Assembly (NCBI GenBank): GCA_964658305.1
Contig: OZ210885.1
Location: forward strand, 3,472,001 to 3,536,000
Origin: Leptogorgia sarmentosa
Lineage: Eukaryota
DNA: 64,000 nt
Direction of reading: 5' to 3'
Under the pieces are notes generated by a model that did no database searches, had not been told where the DNA came from, and was given only the letters and a program-made list of their open reading frames with translations. Of this stretch, positions 12,093 to 25,500 are shown piece after piece. Position 1 is the first letter of the stretch, and every line of letters begins with the position of its first letter. The position numbers and the translations under genes are program-made.

Positions 12093-14396
12093 CACAGCAA
12101 AAAATCATTTTCTCATTAAGAAAATTTTTCTTAAATTAAGAAAATGTTTTCTTAAAATAAGAAAACTATTTTCTTGATAAGAAATGTTTTTCTCAATTTG
12201 AGAAATATTTGATTTTCAAGAAAATATTTTCTTAAAATAAGGACGATTTTCTTACCAAGTTTACATTTTCTTAAAATAAGAAAATGTTTTCTTATGATTT
12301 CTCAGTCGTAAAAGTTGACTGAGAAAGATTTTTCTTAAAATAAGAAAGTTATAATTTTCTTAAGAAGAAATTATATTGCACAATATAACTGAAACATTCG
12401 AATTTCGAGAAATTTTTTTCTTTATAAAATAAGAACAATTTTCTAAATTCTAACCAAGTTTACATTGGAAAGTGAAAATTTCTTGGACGTAAAAATTGAC
12501 GAAGAAATATTTTTCTTAAAATGAGTAATCGTGTTCCTGATAAATCAGGCCTTATATTCCAGCGTAAAATGAGGAAATAAATGTTTCCATGTAATAGTAA
12601 CGATCAAGTTGTGGTATTTTTATTACCATATGATATAATAGGGCCAAAACAGAAAATTGGGGCATTTTGCCTTTTGGTTACATGCAAGAGCTATTTAGGC
12701 TTATATCTGGCCATTGATACACTGGGAAGAACATTACAAGATATGTTACTTGTAAAATCTATTTGCGTTACGGTTCGAAGTTACTATTCATGTGAAATAT
12801 ATCGAACGTCATACTGCCTTCAAAATATTAATCCTTCATTAATTGAGATCAGTAGCTATGATTTACCATATTTGGAGTGCCCATGAACCTTTGCGCACTT
12901 AATGTGAGCGCGTCCTTTTTAAATTTTGGAAATTAACGCTGTTTTGGATGTGATTATTGATACAAAATTCGACGAAAATAAAGAAGAAACTGCGGCAATT
13001 GTTCCGTATTTACACGAACTTTTGTTAGGTAAGTATTATACAATCTCAATGCTCAAATGTTATTCGAATTTACGCAGTAATAAAGCGTCTATTCACATGC
13101 ACATTGATGGCATATATGCAAAGTGTAAACATTCAATGATAAATATCAGCTGCGAAGTTTAGGCAAATTTTAGCACACTATGTTACATGATTTAACCATA
13201 TTTATACTGATTTGTGTTTTATTGTATTTACAGGCTGTTTGTGTTGAGGGGTTCTGAAGGAAAATGGTCTTTTCATGTGATATATAGTATGGCAATGTAA
13301 TATACAGTATATATTATAATGGACATTGTGGACTTCAGGAGTTGTAGTAGAATGAATCACAGGTAAATCGTTATTTTGTTTATAGATCATTATTAGTTGG
13401 CCATGTATTTGTAGAGAGATTGTAGAATAATGACAATTAATAGCTTCTAATAGTAAATAAATGACACTGACAGACCAAATATGAACCATGAGTATTTCAT
13501 GGCATTTCAATATATTAAATGCATAGCTTGATATACTAAGCCCTAAGGTGTTCAACCAAAGTCTTGCAACTGCTATTAGAAATGTTAAATTGCATAGTCA
13601 ACATCCTACTTTGCACTTTTTGATACCGATACGGTACAGGATGACTTACTTATAATTAGAACCCATGCAAATATGAACCCATGTAGGACATCATGGGTGA
13701 ACTTCTACAGTCTACTCCATGTTGTAATGTAGCTATTTTTAAAATACTGTAATGTCTTTTCATCTTAGAATGTTGCTTAACTTCATGAAGACATAAAGAA
13801 ACAAATCCTGTCCTGCCTTATAGTTGTAGCCCTTTCAAGTCGTAGCTTATGTCATACAAGAAATTCAAAACCGAAGCCATGGAATAAGTTGAACATTATT
13901 GTAGTATACTGAACTGTGTCCATTGCACAACTTAATTTAAGAAATGTATTGACATCTGAGAATTTATTACAATTTCTTGTTTCAAGGATTTTTATGTTGA
14001 AAATAATTTTCTTACTGCATGTATATTGTATATACTGATTTGTGTTGATCACTGAGAATGTATTTATTTAGCATTTCTTGTTTCAAGTATTTTTTTCTTG
14101 AAAATCATTTTCTTACTGGAAAAATCTTGTTTTAAGAAAATTTTCTTGAAATAAGAAAACTTTTTCTTGGGAGAATAACAAGAAAAAATTCTTAATAAGA
14201 AAATCTTTTCAAGAAAATTTTTTCTTATTTTGAGAATATTTTCTTAATTTTCTTATTAAGAAAATTTTCTTAAAACAGTTTTCTTATCAAGAAAATTTTC
14301 TTGTTATTCTCCCAAGAAAAAATTTTCTTATTTCAAGAAAATTTTCTTAAAACAAGTTTTTTTTTTCTTAAAATAAGAAAATTATTTTTTGCTGTG
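12093..14396. mobile_element. Non-autonomous EnSpm/CMC-like DNA transposon, 2.3 kb
   Basis: Termini CACAGCAAAAAAT / ATTTTTTGCTGTG, 2-bp TT flanks, and dense subterminal arrays of near-palindromic TTTTCTTAAAATAAGAAAA at both ends (~12110-12520, ~14075-14385). No transposase ORF. Confidence 0.8.
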
Positions 14397-14523
14397 TTGT
14401 CCACGGAGTTGCTATTTGCAAGTTGTTATATATATAATAACTTGCTTTCAGGCCCAAATCTGTTTTAATCAAAATCTTTTTTATCGTTTAAAATACACTA
14501 CATTCTCAACCTGAAAAAGATAA

Positions 14524-16411
14524 AACGGAAGGACGCTATTGGGATGCTGCGCTACTTGAATTTAACGAGAAACTTCCCTCATTGGACAAAAACAACGTTG
14601 CTGGGGAAATATGGGCAAAGATCCCCAATATCAACGCACGAGCTAATATTTTAGGGAAAATAAAGATCGTTTAAAAGATTCTTTGTCCTTGTGTTATGAT
14701 CGGAGCACGTACAGGGCCGGGTGTGCCAAAAAACATGAAATAAGCTGAAGGTATAGAGTGCAAAATATTGATAAAGTGCACATATTAATTAAGAAATTAA
14801 AATACCTTACCATAAAGAGCATCATCGATTTTTTGCCCTTGCCTTGGAAAGGAGCTTTGTAAATTCTAAAAAAGAATATTTTGTCGATACTTTATGCACT
14901 CGTTAGTCCAACTTCCTGCTGGGCAAAGAAATTCTGATTATAGATTATTTTCAGTGGTAGCTACATTCTGCAATTACCTTCACCTGGAGGTTATGCAATC
15001 ATCTTTGTATCTGTGTGTGTCTTGATCTTTGAACATGACAATCATTTTGGACCCAAAGACCGCTCCATATAAAATAAATGCTAAATTTGTAATGCAATAT
15101 AGTACTAAATTTGGATCCTTTCAAAGGGCAATTTTGGCCCCAAAATTTTAGCCAAATAAAATTTGACCAATATAACGTTGCTGAAAAAAAATATTTTAGG
15201 AAAAACAACTTTAGTGATCAACTTAATTACAGCTTTAGATATTATCATTTAAACATGGATTCTTAAATTCAAAATTATTTAACGGAAGGACGCTTTAGAG
15301 ATGCTGCTCTATTTGATTTAATCAAGACCATTTCAGACGGAGGCGGAGAAAATACATAAACAATAACAAATGAATATAGAATACAGTAAAAAAAATGAAT
15401 TTCATTTCTTTATATCGCATAAATAACATGGTTTTGCATGCATATTAGCATTAATTCCATTTATAAAACGATTCTTCGAAAACGAAATCTGTTCTTCATT
15501 CTTTTCACAAAAAATATTCTAGATTCTCAAATGAGCATCGTTGATTCTTCTACTCACTTGTCATTGCTTAAATGTAAGGTTATCTAAGGTCATTCAAAAT
15601 CTTACATTCACAAAGCCTGAAATTCTAGTATAACTTTGGAACTGTAGAAGTTTGCTTATATAGTAAAGCAACAATAACAGCATAAGTGTTTTTGTTTGAG
15701 AAACATTTACACAGGTCAAAGAGAAATAAGGTAAAGCAACGAAAAAATCGTGACCGGGGAAGTTTGACAAACGTGTTTTAAGCCATATAATAAGGGGGAG
15801 CGGATATGCCGAAGTAGCGGTCTGAGATTGTTCCGACGACGAATTTTTTTTTGAGGTCAGTTGTGTTAAATTAATCTCAAAAGAGATCCAGTGGACGGAA
15901 CACAAATATATGAACATCAATTCACTCCCCCCCCCCCCGTCCCCCCTCCCACAATAACCGCTCTAGTTTCACTCCTGCATGTCTTGTCTGAATTCGTATT
16001 TTGAAGAAAATGAGATGGCGCACAGCAAACAGAACTAAAAATTCTTGTAAAGGTTCGTTTCTTTTGATTCTGTTAATCTCGGCATTACTGCAGCTGATGC
16101 GCCTGAACTAAACAAGGTCAAACATTGATTTTTAAGAACGTAGAGCAATACATATATAGTTGTTAGGCCAAGTTAATCATAACTTTAATGATGCACTTTT
16201 TAATTAGTGATTATCATTTTAATATACATTCTTATGTTCAAAATATATAACGGGAGACGCTCTTGAAAGGTGCGCTACTTCAAAGTAATTAGAAACTTCC
16301 CTCATTGGACAAAAACAACGTTGCTGGGGAAATATGGGCAAAGATTCCCACTATAGATAAAGATCGTAAGATAAAGATCGTTTAAAAGATTCTTTGTCCT
16401 TGTGTTATGAT
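14524..16411. repeat. Direct repeat (~14524-14700 vs ~16249-16411; partial third copy ~15281-15320)
   Basis: Shared AGAAACTTCCCTCATTGGACAAAAACAACGTTGCTGGGGAAATATGGGCAAAGAT and ATAAAGATCGTTTAAAAGATTCTTTGTCCTTGTGTTATGAT. Confidence 0.8.
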
Positions 16412-17332
16412 TGGAGGATGTAATTCCTGTTGTTTTCAATTAAGATCGACTTGCCCTATCGTTTTCGCGCAAATCGGTTAATCTCACTTATTTCTTAAAA
16501 CTTAAAACTTAGATAGAAAGATATAGTAACATTCATTTCTCTTATTCATTTCAAACGCCGTAGTGTCGTCTATACTTACATCCACATGGCGCCATGCACC
16601 ACGACGTTCCAAACATTTCGTCGTCTGCTGAAGCCTGGAGCAATACTATAATTTTCGTCACTCTGTAAAGGTTATTCAACACTATTTGATACCAGCCTCC
16701 ATGTTGGATGGCTTGGATGTCCTTATTCTGTTTCTATTTAATGCCAAACTTAAACTTGATACAAATTATTTTTCCGTGCAGGATTGCGTCATCGATGCAC
16801 GCGTGATGTGGCGAATACTATTTAATACTTCGAAAATCAAGTCTCGTGGAAATTTTATCCCGATATCAGTTTATTGAACATCGCATTTCATTTATCGGAA
16901 TTAACACAAACCTCTTCCATCCTCATATCCTAGCCCACCTCATTCAATGATTGTTTAATAACAGTAATTAAAGCTCGACTGAGGCCCATGGCCAGAGTAC
17001 TAAATATGTATGGTTTTAAAACCAATTTTGCAACCAATTTGATTTTTAATTTGAATCATACGTATTTGAAATGTTTATCGACTTTTTATTCACTCTCGGC
17101 TTCCTATGATTCGGCAGCAACAAACGTATTTATATTTACACTTGTAATCACACTGCGCTAGATTAGCTAGGGGCTGTCAGTGAGAATGATGGCCAATCAA
17201 ACCTATGGATTATAAATAATTCAGTGTAATATATTTTTGGCAGTTTCTTACGGCACAGTACGTTTATACAATTTCAATCATCTATGTACAGGGTTTCTCA
17301 AAAATAAGCAAACGATGGAAACAAACTATTGT

Positions 17333-17604
17333 CAGGGCCTCTTTTACTAGAAATGGCTGGGGGGAGATGTCCCTCCCAGCCTTCTTATTGTCCCCCCCAG
17401 TGCTAGGTCCCCTTTTAAAGTGTCTTTCTGAATAAACAATTCATAGTAGAAGTTACTGTAGACTGTAGTTGTTTTGACTGTATTATGGTATCATGTGCTT
17501 TGTTAGTTAAACCAGGTGTATATCTGTCTAGGTCCCTCTCCAACCTTTCCAGGTCCCCCTTAAAATATATCCCCCCAAGTAGCGGATCCTTAAAAGAGGC
17601 CATG
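17333..17604. mobile_element. hAT-like MITE
   Basis: Termini CAGGGCCTCTTTTA / TAAAAGAGGCCATG with an 8-bp TSD ACTATTGT/ACTGTTGT (one mismatch). Confidence 0.75.
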
Positions 17605-19542
17605 ACTGTTGTCGCATTTGTATGAAAGTGAACGCAAAGACGCATAATATCTTTATGGAAGCGCATATATTAAATATTGGCTGATTAAAATTTCTTTGTA
17701 AAGCTAGCCCAAGCGATTATTCGTCGCTCTTGGGAATTAATTTAAAGCGGCTTTTTACATTTAAATAAAGCAATTTTTGCATAAATGATTAACTCATCAC
17801 ATTCAAATTCGAGCAATAGCTTATTTCATTCGTTTGCCCATTTGATGGCGAGGGGGAGGGGTGATGGTGGGCGCATTCACACACTCGTGTTCTGCACAAT
17901 AAATTTCTAATAATTTAACTGAAATCTATAGTTTTTATGCTTTGTGAACGCAGATATATGAATATGTCCCCCATAATCATCGACAGTGGAAGAAATCCAA
18001 TGGCTGAGTAGGCTAAAGCCTACAGAGCCGGGCTTTTGAAAGGCCCGTGATTTTGTGCGGAATGAATTGATTTTTCCTTAGTTTTCTCTAGTTTTACTAA
18101 ATAAGCTATGAGACGAGACCTTAGCTAATTCAGTAGTGTTGTTCTCGCCTTCTTTGGTTCATGAATATTGAACTCTTGAAAGTCACAGAACAGGGTTTTA
18201 TGCTCTGAACTCTTCCTGTTTTGAGATGTGGCACCGTCTATAACGAAGAGAATACCATCTCCATCCCCCCGAATTTTAAACTTAGCCTGCACGCCTCGCA
18301 ACCATTAAACCGTCACTATTTATCGAGCTTGACCACGCCACTGGATGTTGCTATCCTGCTAGCTAAAACCTGTTATACACATGCAACACACATGCAGTCT
18401 CTTGCCAAGTTTAATTAAATTAAATTTTATTTGCGGCCCAGATCATAGGCCTATCGCGTGTCAGACATTGAACTAATTTATAAATATATTTGCGTGGATG
18501 CAGCTGAATTATTCGAAAGACCTAGCCAAATATTTTTACCGGCTCATGCAGCTTTAAGAAGTTCAATTTTGTCTTGGAAACTGAGGTACATACTTTTTTT
18601 ATTCCATTCCTGGCTGTATATCACGAGTAATTTAAGGGTTTTCACAAAAAATCCAAAATTTAATTTTCCTGAACGTCGCGATATAATTAATACATAATGA
18701 AACTTTAGGTCGTCACTTATCGCATAATTGAAATATACTGCAAGTATTGAACGCTTTAAGATTAAATGCTTTGGGTATGACACCCTGGAAGTACAGCCTT
18801 GAAGTTGATGTTCTTTTGCGAATTAATGGGGAAATTCGTCTGCTATGGATAATTCCCGTTTAACATGATTCTCTTTCAACATTAACTAGTTATGAATTAT
18901 TAAGAAGTCTCAATACTAATCAGTCAAATTTTCCAAGGATATGCAATATGGATAATTACTTCCGGTTTTAGGCCTATCACTACTTTTTCTTACTATGAAA
19001 GTAATTTATTGATGTTATATAATCATCTAAAACTTAGCATATGAATATATATATATGTATGTTATATGGCTACTTGAAGGCACGAAATTATTAATGACAA
19101 ATTTTAGGCTTATAAACGGCTTAAAAATCATAATCCTTAATTGGACCCATTAATTTTTAATTCTGTTAATTTCAAACGCTTTGGTCACAATTGTCATCAT
19201 TTATGATTTAAAAGATGCAAAGAAAATCACCGATGAATTCATGATCGATATTTTTCAAATAAAGACGGAATGTAAGCACAAAGGCCAAGAAACTATACTT
19301 AGGCTATATCTACATCAGGAAATACAAAGAGAACGGACCATTTCCCTATTAGACAAACTTAAGAATTAGACAAATTCATTAACACAGCTGGAAAGAACAC
19401 CATATAAAGACACTAAAATTGTGATGTTTGGTTATGCGAAATATCGTAAACTTTGTGAAATACAGTTTGTGAATATGTATTTTCTGTATTAACAGCTTTG
19501 TCGGGTTATAGAACAAAGGACAAGCGTATCATTAGAAAAGAA

Positions 19543-22500
19543 ATGGAAGACAAGAACAAGTCATTTCGCGGTGTAATGACTCAGTTTATGGGATATACGA
19601 CTGGCCATGGTTTCGGCAGGCTTATTGCGGCCACATCAGTTGTATGGAGGATATTCTGGATTGTCGCAATCTGCTTGGCTTTCGGAATGTTTGTCGTAGA
19701 AGTCATGAACCTGTTACAGCTGTTTTTATCAAGACCAGTGCAAACATCTGTGTCGGTTATGTTTGAAAAGGTATGATTCAAAGATTTCTGTTTATTCGCA
19801 CAATACTTTCGCTTAAATATTTCCAGTTTATAAACTAGCTGTTCTGAAAGAGAATCATGTTAAACGAGAATTATCTATAGCAGACGAATTTCCTCAGTAA
19901 TTCGCAAAGGTAAATCAAATTGAAGTTTAAGGGTGTAATACCCAAAGTATTTAATCTTAATTAAAGGGAAATCGGCAAAAAACTATTCTTCGCTCATTTA
20001 AAAGAACTTTTAAAATCGTTGAGTAAGTTATTTTACAGTTTCAACATATCCCGTTTAGTTTCCGAGATATTTCGTCTTGAAAAAGCGAGGAGCCCGCCAT
20101 CTTGGATATTCATGGATATGCATGCTTTATCGTATCATAATCCAAAGTCTTTGTCTGACATCGCAAAGAGCTCACATGTTCTTCATTTTCAAATTAATTT
20201 CAGCAATTGGAGTTCCCTGCTGTCACCGTTTGCAACTTGAACATGATAAAGAGAAGCTCAATGTCTTACTTGCCAAATCAAGTGTTGGGAAGTTTGCATT
20301 ATAAAGATGTCGGAGATAAGAAAAACGTCACCAACAGTACAAAAACGCCGGCAGGTCTCAATACCTCCGGGAAATCGACTGCATCCGCCAAAGTCGCCAC
20401 AGGACAGACAGGTTCTCATGTTGCGACAAAGCCAACTACAGTTCAGAGTAAAGCTAAAATTATTCAAGGGACGACGGATAATGCAGACCCTAGTCCAACG
20501 CCAAAGCGTAAGTAGCCTACAATGTGAATTGAAAATTTGCGTTTGAAATGATTATTCCATCTCGCTACAACCACTCTGATACTGAGAAAAATCGTTTGGA
20601 AGTTGTTCAATCACCTGTGATTGCAAACAAGAATACGATAAACTGCTATTTTGAAAAATGTTATGTTGCCACTGTAGCGGCGTGAGAGACGGCCTTTCAC
20701 CCAATCAATGAATCACAAGACAAGAAATATTCTAGCAGCTTAAAAATTTATGCTAACATGTGATATAACTTAGTCAAATCATAATCGCTGTTTATTACAT
20801 GTTGGTACTTTTACTACTTTAGTTTTCAACACCTCCGAAAACTCGACTGCACCTGCCAAAAATGACACAGGACAGACAACAACAGGCTTTCACGTTGTTA
20901 CAAAGCCAACTACAGGTCAAAGTACAGCTAAAATTATTCAAGGGACGACGGATAGTGCAGATTTTAGTCCAATGCCAAAGCGTAAGTACAATATGAATTG
21001 AAAATTTGGCGTTTGAAATGATTATTCCAAAGAAACACATGTCCCTTCCAGTGACTGAAATTTCGGTGGAGCGGGGGTTATCTCGCTACAACCACTTTGA
21101 TACTGAGAAAAATCGTATAGAAGTAGTTCAATTGCCTGTGATTGCAAACAAGCATACGATAAACTGCCATTAAGAAAAATGTTATATATCCGCTGTAGCG
21201 GAATATCGCCTGAGAGACGGCTTTTAATTTCAACCAATCAGAAGACAAGAAATGTTCTAGCGGCTTAAAAACTTATGCTAACAAGTGATATAAGTTGGTC
21301 AAATCATAATTGTTGTTTATTACATGTTGTACTTTAGTTTTCAATACCTCCGAGAACTCGACTGCATCTGCCAAAAACGACACAGGACAGACAACAACAG
21401 GTTTTCACGTTGTTACAAAGCCAACTACGGGTCAAAGTACAGCTAAAATTATTCAAGGCACAACGGATAATGCAGATCTTAGTTCAACGCAAAAGCGTAA
21501 GTACAATATGAATTGAAAATTTGCTTTTGAAATGATGATTCCATAGAAACACATGTCCCTTCAGTGGCTGAAATTTCGGTGGAGTGGGGGTTAGGTAATA
21601 ATAGCCTACCTCAACCTTGCGAAAATGTAATACATTTTTTTTGAACGGAATAACGTTTTTCCGTGCGTAATTACTAAAATATACAAAAATTGTCAACTTC
21701 ACAAGATCAATTACATGTTGTACTTTAGTTTTCAATACCTCCGAGAACTCGACTGCATCTGCCAAAAACGACACAGGACAGACAACAACAGGTTTTCACG
21801 TTGTTACAAAGCCAACTACAGGCCAAAGTACAGATAAAATTATTCAAGAGACAACGAACAAGGCTGATTCTACACTGCTGAAGCGTAAGTGTAAATTAAA
21901 AAATTAAATGCTTAGTCCATAGAAAACATGCCGCTCCCAGACGAGACTAGAGCGTTAGTTGGGGGTTGTAGTGGGGAATATTCATATATTTGTGTTCTGC
22001 CTGAAGGATTTCTTCCGAAATGAATTAAAAAATCAGTCATTAATGCTCTGTAGTTTCGCTTCGGATGCTTTCGCTTTCTGTAAAAGGAGCCCCGGCCCTC
22101 GTTGCAGTACTATCGCAAAACATTACTTTCCTATGTCACATTCTGCGATCAATGGCAATGCAAACTTTCAATCGTTGCTGAAATTTTACAGTCGCGTAGG
22201 CAGAATGTTAATTGGGGGCGGGCCATATTCATATATTCGAGTTCGCATGCTACTAATGAAACAGAACATGAATATGTGAATATGCTTCCCTCCCCTTCAG
22301 GGAATGTCCAAATAATCTTGGACATTAGCATTAGCGCATTAACATTAGCTTCGGCACGTAAAAATTTCGACTTCTTTCAACTATACGCCATTTCAATTGT
22401 ATCGCCATTAAGGCAATATGGCGCTATGCCGAAATATTTCCGTCATCATTGCACGTATGCAATTCACGTGTAGCCACTTCAAGTGAGAGCGTTGCAATGA

Positions 22501-25500
22501 CTATCCTCCACCTCGAACTATAAAATTCACAATTTATCACAGCCAAAAAAAGACGAAAGAGAGAAGACTGGGGAAAAGTAGACAAGAACACTGGTACGAG
22601 TCCGGACGGTAAAGATCAATATGGAAATACTCCAACCTCGCTGGTCGATAAGGAGAAGGATGGAAAATATGACAGTGGGGAACATGACGGAAAAAAAATT
22701 GACGTTCGGTTTGGTACTGGGTAAATATGTATCTCTATGTCCAAATTGTTAAATCCATGTAACGTCATATAATATTAATAGTAGTATCATATAATAGTAA
22801 ATGTGCGACGACTTCTAACCCTAATATTGAATTTAATTTTTCCAAATTCAAAATCAAAAGCCTTATTCTATATATACCCGCGCCCAGTTTTCAAGTGGTG
22901 CTTCTTAGGAGCGTCGCCAATGCAAAAAAAACAGAGGCCTGATATTTAACAGTACAGACCGAAAGAGCGAGGTCTATAATCCGCTTATTATATGGCTGAA
23001 TTCTAGTGAATTGAGTCTTTGAGCATAGGCTTTTCGCGCGAATTAAATCGGCTATCATCAGTTTCACTGGGTAACAGTACTGTAGACATACATGCTCAAT
23101 AAAAAACAATTTGGTTGTTTGAAAATTTTATCTGTAAATTTTAAATTGGAAAATTGAAAAAGCAAAAATCTTTTCTATTTGCAAAACGAAATTTCCTGCC
23201 AGATAAATGACATCCGGGACACAGGTGCAGATACGGAAAAACGGACCACGGTCCGGATATGGGTTTTTACGGACCGCTTGTCAACCAATCAGATTAGAGA
23301 ATTTTGAAAAGCGATATTATAACAATATTTTATATTTAAGGCTTGAAGATGAGTGGAAAAAAGATGACGATTACTACGATATATCTGATGAATATCCCGA
23401 TGCAGGAAAGATTGACAAAGAAACCAAGTTGAGAATGACGATCGAGTCTTTAATTGGTGGCGAACCTCCAGAGCATTTATCGTTGCTGGGGCATCAACAA
23501 TTTGATTTGATCAGAAACTGCACATGGAAAGGGGTAGATTGCAACACAGGGTAAGATGCATGACCTCGCGTATATCGCTATATGAGGTGGATATTACATT
23601 ATAATTAACAGTAATAACCCGGCTTGATACTAGTGATAAATGATACTAGTGATAAATAACTGTATAAACTATTGTAGTACCTTTATCGGATGGCATTCTG
23701 ATTTTTGTGCAGAAATTTAAGCCAGTTTTGGACATGGAGTTGGAATTACAGGTATGGCAATTGCTACACATTCAACAATGGTGTGGATAACAAGAAGAAT
23801 CCCATTCGGATTTTAAAATCATCGAAGCCGGGACCATCACAAGGTACTTTTCTAAATTCGAATATAATGTTTCTTAAGTATATATACAAACTCACCTTTT
23901 AATAATGGGAATTGCCATAAGATTGTTCCAAGAAACTGATATCGAGTTGTGTTTGCGCTGCTTGTTCCAGGCTTCTTGACAAGTTGTTGCAAAACTACAG
24001 TAGACTTGCTACAAGCGTGTTCTATATAAACAACTTATTTATTATTGTCTTGCAATTCAGCAACTTGTTGACAATACAGGGTTGCTGCAAGCTTGTTGCG
24101 GACACATATTGTTGACAAGTTGGGAGGATTTTTACCTGTGTAGTTCTATGGTTAAACGGTACTATAATATGTAAATAGGCACTTGTGTTAAAGTGTTTAT
24201 GACACGAAATTTTTTATTATCTTGTTTGAGAGAACTTTTAAAAGTATAATGTAAGTTCTTTTCCACTTTTTCATTTGTTTTCCTGCGACTTGAGTTATTT
24301 TAGTTTGTTTGCATTTTTCTTTGCACTCGAAGTGACGTAACGGAAGGATAACGAGCTCTCGTTTAACCTAGTTATCTTTGGCATTTCAAGCAAAAAAACA
24401 CACCAAAATCATCGCTTGACCTTTACTGTGTTGCAGTCGAACATAAACTTAATTCTAGCCGATTTAATTGGTTAAAGACAGACCTATTTGAATTTTCGAG
24501 AAATCATTATGCATACGTGACGTCACTTCGATGCAAAGAAAAATGCAAACAAACTAAAATAACTCAAGTCGCAGGAAAGAAAATGATCACTTTAATCTGA
24601 AGATATGATCTCTGTATACAGGCTTGGTTCTGCAATTCAACATTGAAGATGATGAATATATAGGTCAGCTGAGTGAAGAAGCAGGCGTGCGCGTTGTATT
24701 ACATGAACCGGGATCCACCCCTTTCCCTTTCGAAGAAGGATTCAGTATCACGCCAGGCATGGCTACGTCTGTTGGTTTGAGAAAGGTGCGAACTGCCAGT
24801 TGCAACTCTTGTTTTGCTTACACGAACTTCGAGCGACGAGTTTTTATCTGAATAATCTTGTCGACAAACGTTAGATTATCCTTGGATTGCTTACACGCTG
24901 ATCGGGCTTCGCGCATTTGGAAAACATTTCAGCAGGCAATTCGAAAAATATTGTGCGTTTTTAAGAGGATAATTTTTTCTATGTCGCGTATTTTCGATGA
25001 AATGTGTTCAAAACCCGAAATCTTTTTGGCGTCCCTCTCAAAATCAAATTATTCTATGATTATTGTCTCGACAAAACTGTTCCCTATCTTCGAAACTATG
25101 TCTGGGTATTGAGAAACTAAAAGGAATATGAAAATTATGAACATCAATGGTCGTATATAACCAGCACAACATGAATGAAGCCTTGATTTCAACAATAAAA
25201 GCCAGATTTCAAACGTAATTTTCCCTTTGGCGTACACTCCAAAATCTTTTTATTTTCGCTTTATGTCATTAATTATGAATCTATCAAGCTTTTTAAGTGA
25301 GTCTGCCGACTGAGAAACCTCAAAATTCTAAATTTATATTTCGACGAATTTGAGTTCTGAGCGCGAGATACGTGACATACAGAAAATCTTCGTCTTAAAA
25401 TATCATGTACACTTTAGATGACTGTTGACTACAAAGGCTTTAAAAGAGTTTCCCAGACTATGTTTCGACTCACTGTAATATAAAAGAAATGATTTGCTTT

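Noticed and set aside
20823..21884. CRISPR-like repeat/spacer array (also considered for 12110-12520 and 58330-58400)
   Set aside because: Eukaryotic context; the units are duplicated exons or transposon subterminal repeats, with no unique spacers or cas genes.
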